From the NCBI GenBank assembly GCA_032718475.1, contig JAUCBJ010001515.1:1-53535 (forward strand): 53,535 bases of DNA, read 5' to 3'. Below the pieces are notes generated by a model, which made no database searches, had not been told where the DNA came from, and saw only the letters and a list, made by a program, of their open reading frames with translations. Below, piece after piece: positions 26,561-37,654 of the stretch. The DNA comes from Nemertoderma westbladi. Taxonomy: Eukaryota; Animalia; Xenacoelomorpha. The translations under genes were made by a program, and so were the position numbers. The number at the start of each line of letters is the position of its first letter. Position 1 is the stretch's first letter.

Positions 26561-28445
26561 CAGTCGGTGAGAAGTCAAAAATTGGACTTGAGTCCAAAAT
26601 TGGACTTCGACTCCAGTTCAAGTCCAAAATTGGACTTCTGTGAGTCCAATATTGGACTTCAAATCAGCCAATTGTTCCAGGGCCTTCGGTAATTGGATCG
26701 GGCGGGATTTTTTTTCTTTAATCGAAAATATATCAAAAAATAAGAGTTTTGAACAGGGGGACCTGAAATTCACCAGGGGGAACTTTTTTTATAAGGCTTT
26801 GAATTTTTACAAAAGTCCAATATTGGACTTTAAGTCCAATTTTGAACGTGACATTGAGAATCGAACTTAAAGGTGACTGCATGAAGCATGACAGATGAGA
26901 GACAGCCAGACAGCTGTTAAGTTATGGAAAGTTACCTTTGCAGCTCTGTATGTATCTTCAGTGTACTGACACTGTACTGTACTTAGAATATAATGGTACA
27001 TTCTAGCATTCTAGGTACTTTACTTTTAGCATATTGTTTAGTTTACAATTTACATTCATGTTATGTCTAACCTTACAGCCTTATGTACCCAGGACTTTAT
27101 AGTGTCTTTAGGACTAGATTAGATTATGCTCCAACAAATATTGAATTACAAATTATATTTGGTGGATACTGGTAGCAATGCCAGGTTAGCCAACTGCAGC
27201 TGCTGCTAAGGCTAACTACAGTACAAGCTACGATTTTGTCTAAGGCTATGGGCAGATGGGAGCCCTATCAGAAAGAAATATTACAAGTTGATGCTACCAC
27301 CATCTCTTCTAATTTTTCCATACAACAGGAAGGGTATTATAAAACGGCTGGATAACAGGATAATGAAATGGGATGATTAACTGATTAACGTGCTGGGGTC
27401 TCCACAATAAGTAGCCTACAGAAGTAACAAGTAACACACGTCATATCATAATCATAAACCAATTGAGGGAAAGGAACAGGTTACAGAGGCAGGCTTTTCT
27501 AACTAAAACAATAAACGGCCACTTTCAACTTTTGACTTTACCAATTGAAGGAGCCCTATATCCTCACCACATACTGACATACTACTACTACAATCGGCAT
27601 GATTCATTGCAGCTGCATTATATATATAGACCCTATTATGTATTAAGAATGCTGTGCCGGCTTGTTGACAAAAGTGCGCCTCCACAACTCCCTTACACTC
27701 TTACAGCCTTATCACCCATGACATTTGCTAGATCATCCGCATCTTCAAGGCCAGTCTGCTAGTGTCCTTTAAGACAGTAAGAAAGATGCGTCTCAAGAAG
27801 GTCATGGGCTGTCCACCATGCTTATTCACTCCATGAGGTGCACTGGCTGGTCCTCACGGCTTAAAGCGATGTCCTGCAAAGCGGAGGCAGCTTTGTTCTA
27901 GTGTCAAGCTTGGGGGAACCAATGACTGAATGAGACACCTCCAACTCCAATGTTATTTAGTGTCTGGTTGGAGATGCAGAGATGTGTGCATTGTACTTGA
28001 CACAGTGAGCCTAATCAAAACAATTAGTCAATAAACATTAACTCAATAACATAATAGGTTACAGTTTACAGTAGTCTTATTTTTGCCATACGATAATACC
28101 ACCGCTAAGGCAGTAAGGCTACCGCAAAGCTATACCACTACCGCAAAATGTAACTACTGATGTCTGACTGTAGGTGTGCGATCCCTGTTTATAGTACATA
28201 TACAGATATAATAATTAATTTGATCATTAAAATAATGTTGCATTGTAATTACCGGTATGTAATATAGGCCTATATGTACTGACTGATACGGGATGCAGTT
28301 TTGATTTAAATACCGATATACATAGTATGGCAGCATGGGTACACTTGGAGTTGTACTAAAGTCCAATATTGGACTTTGGAGTCCAAAATTGGACTTGAAG
28401 TCTAAAATTGGACTTGAAGTCCAATTTTTGACTTCTCACCGACTG
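26561..28445. mobile_element. TIR element family A, copy 2 (uninterrupted, nested within C and copy 1)
   Basis: Same TIRs as 18194-29145; 5-bp TSD ATAAA (26556-26560, 28446-28450); colinear with 18194-19700 and 28810-29145. Confidence 0.93.
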
Positions 28446-29752
28446 ATAAACCTTCAACATCAAATCGTCTTATATATTTATACTACAGTACTACTGGTAT
28501 AATATTAAATGTCAAATTTGGAATGTCATGTAAAATTTGAATCTTGCAGAATTTAAAACGTAATTATTTCAAAAAATTCTTGGTGAATTTCAATTACCCC
28601 TGGTGAAAATGTTCAAATGGCAAATTAATGTCTACATATAAAAATTAAGATGCCCAATTAAATAATTGAACTCCCAAAGCACTTTTTCTCTTTTTCCATG
28701 TCAAATTTAGCATGAAATGTCAAATTTGAAAAGCAAAATGTCAAATTTGACATAATGTCAAATTAAGCCAGGAACCAGACTGTCAACTACGCTACCGCGG
28801 TATACTCCGCTAAGGCAGTAAGGCTACCGCAAACAGGCAAAGTGCAAAGCTATACCACTACTGCAAAAAGTAACTACCGGTACTGATCTCTGACTGTACG
28901 TGTGCGATCCCTGTTTATAATACATATAATAATTAATTTGATCATTAAAATAATGTTGCATTGTAATTATGTAATATATATGTACTGATACGGGATGCCG
29001 TTTTGATTTAAATACCGATATACAGTATGGCAGCATGGGTACACTTGGAGTTGTACTAAAGTCCAATATTGGACTTTGGAGTCCCAAATTGGACTTGAAG
29101 TCTAAAATTGGACTTGAAGTCCAATTTTTGACTTCTCACCGACTGACAGCTCTGCAGCTAGAGTTACAGCAGACAGGCAGGCATACTGGCATAGGCAGTA
29201 CACAGGTACAGTCCAATCTCAATCCGTCTCCAGGACATTCGAATATCGGTACCGCAGTTGCAGTACTGCAGTACCGTTACCGGTCTGCTGGGCCGGCAGC
29301 CGGTAATACAGTACAGTACAGCAGTCTGGCAGTACCTACTGCCTACTCAACAGCAGAACAGCTCAAAGCAGTACTGCAGTATGCCATTGCCATATGCAGT
29401 ACGGTCAGACAGTACACAGCAGTAGGCCTAAGGTTAGAACTGAAGTAGCATACAGAAGTAATCTGTACCGGTACATGCGGTATGCCTTCTTTAGTACTGT
29501 AGTACAGTAGTACCGGTACTGCCTGTCAGCAGTTCTTGGTAGAAAAACCACAAAGATGAATGACTCTACAGTCAGACAGTGTGTTGCTTAGCAACAACAA
29601 CAATAAACAGCACCTTTCTGCCTTTAGCAGTGTGGGTGCCCATAAAAAGCAGACTACTTACGTATTGTGGACTACGGACTGACAATCAGGCATCGAAATC
29701 TGAAATGCAAATTTGAATGATCGCTTTGTTATCGCCGCTGAGTCAGATTTTT

Positions 29753-30733
29753 TTTTTAAAAGAAGTTACACCCCTTTAGGGGTAAGTATATTAAGTCCAG
29801 TATTAAAAAAGAAAAAGCACAATTAATTCTATATTTAAGCACAATAAATAGTTAGTAAAAAACAAATGTTAATAAAAAAAGAAATGGTTAGCGGCAGATG
29901 TTTTGCACCAGTTATCCTCTCTAGTTGGTTTCTGTAGCGAGGGCTTCGGGTCGAGGACAGTCCGGGCAAGACAGGACGTGGTATCTGTCGCTGCAGCTGC
30001 CATTGCAGAACAAACAGACACATTTGTCCTCCGGGTCGTGGTATCGGCGGTTTACGCAGATCCTGTGGTGCCAGCCGTGGATCGTGGTCCTGGTAATGAT
30101 GTGTCTTTTGCGTTGCCCCGGGAGTCTCCACCAGTTAGTGGTGAACCCTGGGCCACGCTGGTACCCCCTGGCTGCGAAGTTGGCGGTGCGCTCCTCCCTG
30201 TGTGCTCTATATTGTTCTAGAACGTCTGGATTAAGGATATCAGGGTTCTTGTCTAGAGTCGTCTCTATAAACATCTTTGAGTTGGCAAGCTTTATTGCAG
30301 CTGTCGAAGACGATGATTTATGTAGACATAACATTTTCTTTACAAAGCGCGATTTGATCCGATCAATATCTTTTAGATTTTGCAGCTTAAGGTGGTGGCT
30401 ATAACTTTTGAAGCCATAAAGTGCCATTGGGGCAATCTTTATTTCGAAAATCTTTAGAGCTGTTTCAATGGAAAGGAGATGAAGGTTGTTTATTGATCCA
30501 ATTAATTTATAAGCCTTTTGTTGTTTTGACTTGATATGGTTTGTGAAACACAGTGATGACTGGAATAAAACGCCTAGATACTCATACTGTTTGCAGATTT
30601 CTACCACTCTGCCTCCGTAATAAAATATATCAGTCGGCGCAAGTCGTCCACCCTTTCTGAATTTTACAATTTTAGTCTTAATCAAATTGACTTCCATGCC
30701 GTTGTTAGTGCACCATTCATGCAGTACAGTTCA
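29753..30733 (-). mobile_element. Young 5'-truncated LINE insertion
   Basis: 14-bp TSD TGAGTCAGATTTTT (29739-29752, 30734-30747); poly(A) tail at 29748-29757 on the minus strand; uninterrupted ORF2 fragment. Confidence 0.92.
29921..30733 (-). pseudogene. LINE ORF2 C-terminal part (end of RT/thumb plus CCHC zinc finger)
   Basis: VNLIKTKIVKFRKGG...YEYLGVLF...KIAPMALYG and CLFCNGSCSDRYHVLSCP; truncated upstream at the TSD. Confidence 0.9.
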
Positions 30734-31014
30734 TGAGTCAGATTTTTGTAACTACAGTGCTTACTGTACAAAAGCCTATGGAATATAGTGTTCTAATCAG
30801 CCTAATTGTATTTTCCTTGTTAAAGGCTGTATTTCATTCCCCCTTTCCTCATTTGGGCCCAGTGAAAATGAGAGGAAATTTATCCTCTTTTTATCATCAT
30901 ATAGGCCTACTTTGGAATATAAATATTGATTATATCATTGATGGAATATAATAAGAGCATATAGCTCGTAGAATTATTTTAAACATTATTGAGATTTTGC
31001 ACATTTATAGTGAC

Positions 31015-33527
31015 TGTTCGCGCTTTTAGACATTTAGCAGTTTAACCTGCCAATTTTAATTGTCTTTTTGTGGGGCGAGCCACGAAGTTGGCGGAGCCTT
31101 AGCGAATTGACACCGGCGAGCCACGAAGTTGGCGGAGCCTTAGCGAATTGACACTGTTAGGGGGTGGGTCAATTTATGCAAATAGTTGTCGTCGTCGTCG
31201 TCGTTGTCGTCGTCGTCGTCGTCGTTACGATTTTGACATGCTAATAACTTTGTCGGATTTAAAGCTGCCAAGTTGAAAATTTGTAGGTATCAATATGAGC
31301 AAAAGTTGAGATTTTTGAGAGACTTTCAGACACCATCAGTGCAATGGTCTCCCGCTAGAGGGCCACATGTCTAAACATTAAATGCCCTCCCATTTCTTTG
31401 CTTTTAATCCGTTTAAGCTGAAACTTGGCAGATATGTATTAGACCATTAGCTGTGACTTTCAAAGGAGGCGAATCCATCTGCAGTTCTCCAGTCTGCCGC
31501 TAGAGGGCCAAAGGTCTGAAAGTGAAATCGTTGTCGTCGTTACGATTTTGACATGCTAATAACTTTGTCGGATTTAAAGCTGCCAATTTGAAAATTTGTA
31601 GGTATCAATATGAGCTAAAGTTGAGATTTTTGAGAGACTTTCAGACACCATCAGTGCAATGGTCTCCCGCTAGAGGGCCACATGTCTAAACATTAAATGC
31701 CCTCCCATTTCTTTGCTTTTAATCCGTTTAAGCTGAAACTTGGCAGATATGTATTAGACCATTAGCTGTGACTTTCAAAGGAGGCGAATCCATCTGCAGT
31801 TCTCCAGTCTGCCGCTAGAGGGCCAAATGTCTGAAAGTGAAATCGTTGTCGTCGTTATGATATTGACATGCTTATAACTTTGTCGAATTTAAAGCTGCCA
31901 AGTTGAAAATTTGTTTTGTTGAAAATCAGTTCAACAGTCACCCGCTATAGGACTACTTTATGCCTGAAAGTGAATAGATTCTCCCGTCTCATTGATTTTA
32001 ATCAGTTTAAGCTGAATCTTGCCATATATTCTGGACCACATGCTGCGTCTTTGTGGGGGGGGGGGGGGGAGATTTAATCGGTCTGCCGCTATACGACGAA
32101 ATTTCTGAAAGTGAGATCCGTCTCTCATTTCGTTATCCGTTATTCAAGATGAAACTTGGCCGATGTATGTATGTACTATTCATCCATAGGCTGTGTCTTT
32201 GTGGGGCTGGAGACCCTAATCCATCTTCAGTTCTCACTATACCGCTAGAGTCAGAAATGTCTGAATAGAAATGAAAGAGGTAAAAAGTGATTAGGCGAAA
32301 TCTGCTTAAAATTTGCTAATACAGTAATACTTTCGGATTAGTACTTAAATTAAATTTAAGTCACGTGCTGCGCGAAGGCCCCACTTCGCGTATATCAATT
32401 ATTTAATGTACTGAAGTTACATCAGCCGAAGCCAGTCTGTGCGCGACCATTCACCCACAGTTAAGGGAGACTGGATTCGGATGCTTTGATAGTGATTGCA
32501 GTGTAGACCTACTGTATTAATCGATTGATCGTTAATATATAATCTCTGACAATATATTTACTTTCGGGGAAATATTAACAGTTCCTTTAGGACGTGGTGC
32601 TTTAAGTATAAAACAGAGTTATGACTTATACTAATCACAACTGGATGGCTACTGAGTTTCGTAAAAAGCGCATTCTTTAGGAGATGCTTTATTAACCTTC
32701 ACACTACTTCACACGACTTCACACTACTTCACACTACTGCGCACTGATCTGCCGACCATCACTGAATTTGATCATATATAAGGAGGATCGCAACTGACAC
32801 ATGTAGGGATCATGAAATAGCATTTAATTCACACAAAAACCACTATAATGTAAGTCGCAGTTGCTACCGGTAAACCTGTTCCTCTGACCTTCAGTAATCA
32901 AGAAGATTGGGGGTTTATGATTATTCATCGGTATTCTCCAAATATATCAGCAATATACACCAACATAACAATTAATAACAGAAGTAAAATAATGCGGTGA
33001 ACAGTCAGTATGTGTTGCTTATGCAGTGTTCCATGTGCAGCAATGTTGACTTGCGGTGTGATGCGGTGTGTTGCGTAGTTGAATTGCGTTGCGTTAATAG
33101 TTTTACGTTCTTGTAATCAAAGCCATCTGATGTTTCTGATGTTTAGGTCAAAGTCTGAAACTTCCAACACAGAAGTACAGAAGAATTTCCAAGCAGTTCT
33201 CTCACTCAGAAAGGTAAACAAAGACCGTAATGCATTGCACAGTTTTCTGTAGGCCTATGTACAAGATAAAATGAAAATCGCTCTGATTGGCTGAGCGAGC
33301 TGAACGAAGAGAGGTTCCACGTTTACAGTAAATCAGCTGACAGATTTCGTCATCTGAGTTCCAGTCTTTTAGAGTATTAAGCGCATTGCGGCAGAAAATG
33401 GCTTGTTATGTCCGCTAAAGCACCTACACGGTACATTGCGGAGAAAATGGCTTGTTATGTCCGCTAAAGCACCTACACAGTATATTGCGGAGAAAAATGA
33501 CTTGTTATGTCCGCAAAACCTTTTACA
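31015..33527 (-). repeat. 3' LTR (1193 bp plus a 1320-bp insertion)
   Basis: 2513 minus 1320 equals 1193, matching the other LTR exactly in length; preceded on the minus strand by a short purine tract GGGAGCGG (33528-33535), the probable PPT. Confidence 0.95.
31071..32390 (+). mobile_element. Helentron/DINE-like element inserted in the 3' LTR
   Basis: Absent from the 5' LTR; inserted at a T-run with no clear TSD (2-bp GT ambiguity); GTGGGGC/GCCCCAC subterminal inverted repeat, 3' hairpin CGCGAAG..CTTCGCG, (GTC)n microsatellite and ~315-bp internal tandem units. Confidence 0.85.
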
Positions 33528-33553
33528 CCGCTCCCAGAAAATGGGATTTAATT

Positions 33554-35288
33554 CTATAAAATATAAAAAATCACAGTTTCTAAAATATAAAAATACTCTA
33601 AACAGTTCGACTTACGCGAACGGCGTTTACGCAGTTTTTTGAGGCTAGCAAGAGTCCTTTTCTCTTTGGGGCGAGCCACTTTACTAGGAGGGCTATAACT
33701 CCTAGGTGAAGGGTGCAATACAATTGCATCAGAAGGTTTAGGGTTACGGTCGGTGTATCCACCAGTCAAGGTACCCGGTTGATCGGTATCAACCTCAGTG
33801 GAACGAGGTCGAACAACCTTGAGAGCGCGTTTTAAGACCCCAGCTCTTACTGGTCCCTGAGAGCGGTAGGTGGACCGTGTGTAGTGAGAAATTTCCTCGG
33901 TTTGATGGTTCTTTCCAACTCGCGTTCTCAGGCTCTATCGGAATCGATATGCTTCTCCTCGAGCTGATTTTCCTCTGCTTGTCGTTGGAAGCATGCGTCC
34001 AAAACTCTTGCAGAGAGTAGGGTCGTCCAAGTTCGATATCTTCTTAGAGATTCTGGATTTCCCGATCGAACTGAGATAAAGCTAATTCGTTTACCGCTTG
34101 GACTTGCTGCTGCAATTTACGTTTCTCTAAACAATCGTAGGTTCCTTTTCCGATCTTTGTCGAATAGTGTCTAACGCGTTTTGTTCAACTCTCTCCTCCA
34201 CCTCGGTGACAGGTTGTATCGGGGGTTAAACTGGGACGATTATACGGGTTGAACGGCGATATTAAATGTCCGCGTCCCAATCCGGCTAGGTAGGATGGGC
34301 GAATATCTAGGGAGCCCACTACCGGAGTGCCACCGGTTAATTGTTCAGGTAACACTAGATCTTTGAACAATGAGTACAGTTCAGGAGGATCCGTCATACT
34401 ACTAGGATCAAGAGTCTGAGGTCTCACCAGGGAATGGGGATGTCTGACCGAGTATTCCGGAACTCTGATCATAGGTTTATTTAAGGATCGTTTGAGTCGA
34501 GTGAGCGCGGGTGATACATCGAACAAGTTTCGCTCGAAACTCCCGTAAGTATAGCGAGTAAAACTGTGTTTAGCGCAATGTCTCCGAGGATGTTTATGTC
34601 TTTCGGTTTGTTGGTTGGGTCTAGGGCATTCGTCGCAATAATAAAAAAGACGCACTTGTAGGGGAAACACGGGTGATCTTTCTCCAGTTTTACAATATTC
34701 CTCCATCTGTTAGAAGTTATCCGGTACAACAGGTAGCGGTCGATCGGCGGTAAGATACATCATAGTGAAATAGAGTCGTTTGAGTTCTATCATAGGGTCA
34801 TGATGTATACCTTGAGGATATCGAGTTTCGAGATTTTGTTGACTGGCTATAATGAGATATGTTTCTCTCAAGAATTACAGATATTCGTTGAAGTCACTGC
34901 GTTTATCCGGCTCTTCAACGAGTTGGTTTCGAATAGAAATTTCGTGTTCGATTCTCAGTTTATCGTTCCGACTCCGCTGGGTATGATATTTAAATAGAAC
35001 CATTTCCCTTTCGGTGTCTACATCGTCCGTATCATGTAAATCGATAGGATGACCAGTAAGTAAGAAGTCCATATACGTACCATTACGATGCGTATAGCGA
35101 GCGGTGAATTTTCTATAGTCCAATTCAAGCGTGAGCTGTTCCTTTAACATTGGCGGTTCGATATAACGGCCATCGTCCTCCGTAGTGGGTTGCCTAGCGT
35201 CGCCGCGTATTAAACTATCAAAAAACGCTTGCAATGGCAGGGTATATCGTTTCCTGATACCAAGATCATCTTCTATCAACTCAGTCAT
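33554..35288 (-). pseudogene. Decayed accessory ORF of unknown function between pol and the 3' LTR
   Basis: ORFs 34875-35288 and 34185-34706 are in one frame that continues to about 33900 across four stops (34875, 34710, 34185, 34044), with an apparent frameshift into 33554-33769. Confidence 0.6.
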
Positions 35289-36109
35289 AGCTGCTATATG
35301 AGTTTATCGATATTATAATTAATTATAATTAGGCTAGCGGTCGTCGCTGCCTCCCCCTCAATGCCCCCGGACAGCGCAAGCTCCTCAGCACTAATGTACT
35401 GTCGCCGCTGTGTCTTTCGCCAACGTAGTAGCTACACAATGACAACAATAACCAGCGCGAGTCATGCCACTGTCCATCCCAAGGGCTCAGAATTACTTCA
35501 GGTTCTTGCTACAGAGGTGGGGCAACTTTCACAACTGCGACTCGCTACTGTAAACACACTTTAGTAGTAACATTCACCTATAAACGCACAAATTCCACAC
35601 AACTGTCACAAATTGTACACATTCGGGCCATTTGTCCGTTAGTTAAGTGCCTTCCAGAATGCCACGTTATTATTATGTATCCCTGGATACTAACAGTGTG
35701 CTATTTATTCCGTATGCTATTCAATGGGGCAAGCTTTCTATTGTTCTTTTAACTAGCTTCTAATTCTAGCGTGGTTGTTGCTATGGTGACATTATGGAAA
35801 GCTAGCAGTAGAATTAGGGTAATTCTCATGCATACAGATCTGGGATGCTATTTAATAGTAATTCTTTAATTGTCAATATTCCCCTTTATACATGATTTTA
35901 TGAATTTTATCGGCTATTGACTATATGTTGGAGATTCTCGCACACTAATATACTTAATAGGGTGAATCTCCGCTCCCATGATCTATTAATTAATGTAATT
36001 TTGGGAATGTTATAAATTGTATAAAAATGACAATTTATCAAATTCATGAGAGGATATGAATTTAAATTTATTCCCGTAAATTTTATTATTTAATATTAAA
36101 ATAGACACA

Positions 36110-36480
36110 ATTTTATTCCAGAGCATGTCTGGGGACTGGGATCCTTAATTCTAGGAAATTTGTCTTTTTAAGAGTATCGGTAAGTACTACGATATCTTAA
36201 TCGACTAGAATTTTAAAGGATCGGAATTTTAACAGATTTTGGATTTCTAGATTTTCTTGGTTAGAGTTTATTTGTATGTATTTACTCTATTATAACATTT
36301 GTTTTTATAGATTTTTATAAATATTAAATAATTAATATTTAAGATGGGCACCGAATTATTCCAGAACTTGTCTGGGGACGTTAACCACTGATTCTAGAAT
36401 TTTGTCTTTCAAGTATATCGGTGGGTGCCGCGATATTTAATCGACTAGAATTACAGATGGTCAAAGGGTTTAACAGATTT
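36110..36480. repeat. Diverged ~243-bp tandem duplication in the retrotransposon internal region
   Basis: TTATTCCAGA..TGTCTGGGGAC...AATCGACTAGAATT...TTTAACAGATTT occurs near 36113 and 36356. Confidence 0.75.
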
Positions 36481-37099
36481 ATTTTGCGTTTTACGCTACT
36501 GTTAAAGGGACATCACGCTACTATATGTATTATTTAATATACGGTATGAGAGCAATATTGCAAGAAGCAATGTCAGTGAGAAGAGGCAAGTCGTTTCCAA
36601 GGTCTACCCAGAGCTTGGTTTAGCTGAGACACGAGGATCTGAACTTTGCATTCCTAATACTCTACTTACCAATAATACTTGAGTATAGTAGGAGCTTTAT
36701 TGTACTTTAATAAGTACGGACATTTCATCTTACTGTAGTCACGTATTTATAATATGATAGGGACAGTAAGGAAAGAGAAAAGTAATTATTTCTCGCCATT
36801 ACACTAAATATATAATGTTAATTAATTAAGTAATAAACACAAATATATATTGCACTAATCTACTAAATAATCGCTAAAATAACATTCTGATAAATAAAAT
36901 TAAAGAAAACGATTATAATAAAATTACTTAATAATACATACATAAATGTAAAAATAATAAAAACATATAAAATAATATAGTCACACACCCACTCCAGACG
37001 CGGTTACGTTGGGGAGTCCCTAGATGTTTGTTGGATTAGGGAGGTGGTCGTGGGAAGAGTATCTTGCCTTCCATAGTTTCCGGATAGTTCTCTGTCTCT

Positions 37100-37654
37100 T
37101 TCCAGTAAACATAAACGACCAACTGGGCGATTGAGTTGTTGTGTTTCGAATACAATTCCAGGTTTCTTCTTCGTCCTGGAATAGTGACGATGGAAACATC
37201 GCTTCAAATACACGATGGCCTTACAAAGCCGATTCGAGGAGCTATAATGGTTTATCGCTCTCTGCAGGAGAGGTGAGAGCCCCTGCGAGATGTCTGGTGT
37301 TCCAGATTTCCGGTCTCTTTCTCTGATTTCCACAACAGATTTATTTGTGGCGGGGGAGTTTAGATCCACAGCGTCGTCCCCTGAAATGTGTAGTACAGAC
37401 AGATCAATCACGGGTTTAAATAACTTTGATTTACTCGTCCGGGTTTTAGGTTTGACTTTCTCCGCTCCCTTGGCTTGTCTAATCTCAGCCGTGGTGAGAT
37501 GAGGAGGCCATTCATCCTCTTCTTTACTTAGGAAGTCGGGTCAACCTAACCAGTCTGGAGTATCTATCAGTTCTTGAGGAGTTGCTCCTCTGGAAGCGAT
37601 GTCGGCTGGATTAATCGTCCCAGGGCAATGTCTCCATTGATCTACATTAGAGTT
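37100..37654 (-). pseudogene. pol: Pol remnants: RNase H C-terminus, linker and integrase C-terminal tail
   Basis: QWRHCPGTINPADIASRG...DWLG*PDFL...WP, then HYSSSNRLCKAIVYLKRCF fused directly to LNRPVGRLCLLE; integrase HHCC/DDE core deleted. Confidence 0.88.

Larger units (their letters stand above)
19759..28782. mobile_element. TIR element family C (second layer of the nest)
   Basis: TIR CAGTCTGGTTCCCGGCTTAATTTGACATTATGTCAAATTTGACAT / reverse complement ending at 28782; 5-bp TSD TCAAC (19754-19758, 28783-28787). Confidence 0.92.
18194..29145. mobile_element. TIR element family A, copy 1 (outermost layer of the nest; ~1.9 kb without insertions)
   Basis: TIR CAGTCGGTGAGAAGTCAAAAATTGGACTT / reverse complement ending at 29145; 5-bp TSD ACAGC (18189-18193, 29146-29150); subterminal AAGTCCAA-n-TTGGACTT palindromes. 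Confidence 0.92.

Noticed and set aside
29781-29790. ATACTTACC on the minus strand resembling the U1 snRNA 5' end
   Set aside because: Only 9 nt match, no U1 structure follows, and it lies in a LINE 3' UTR.
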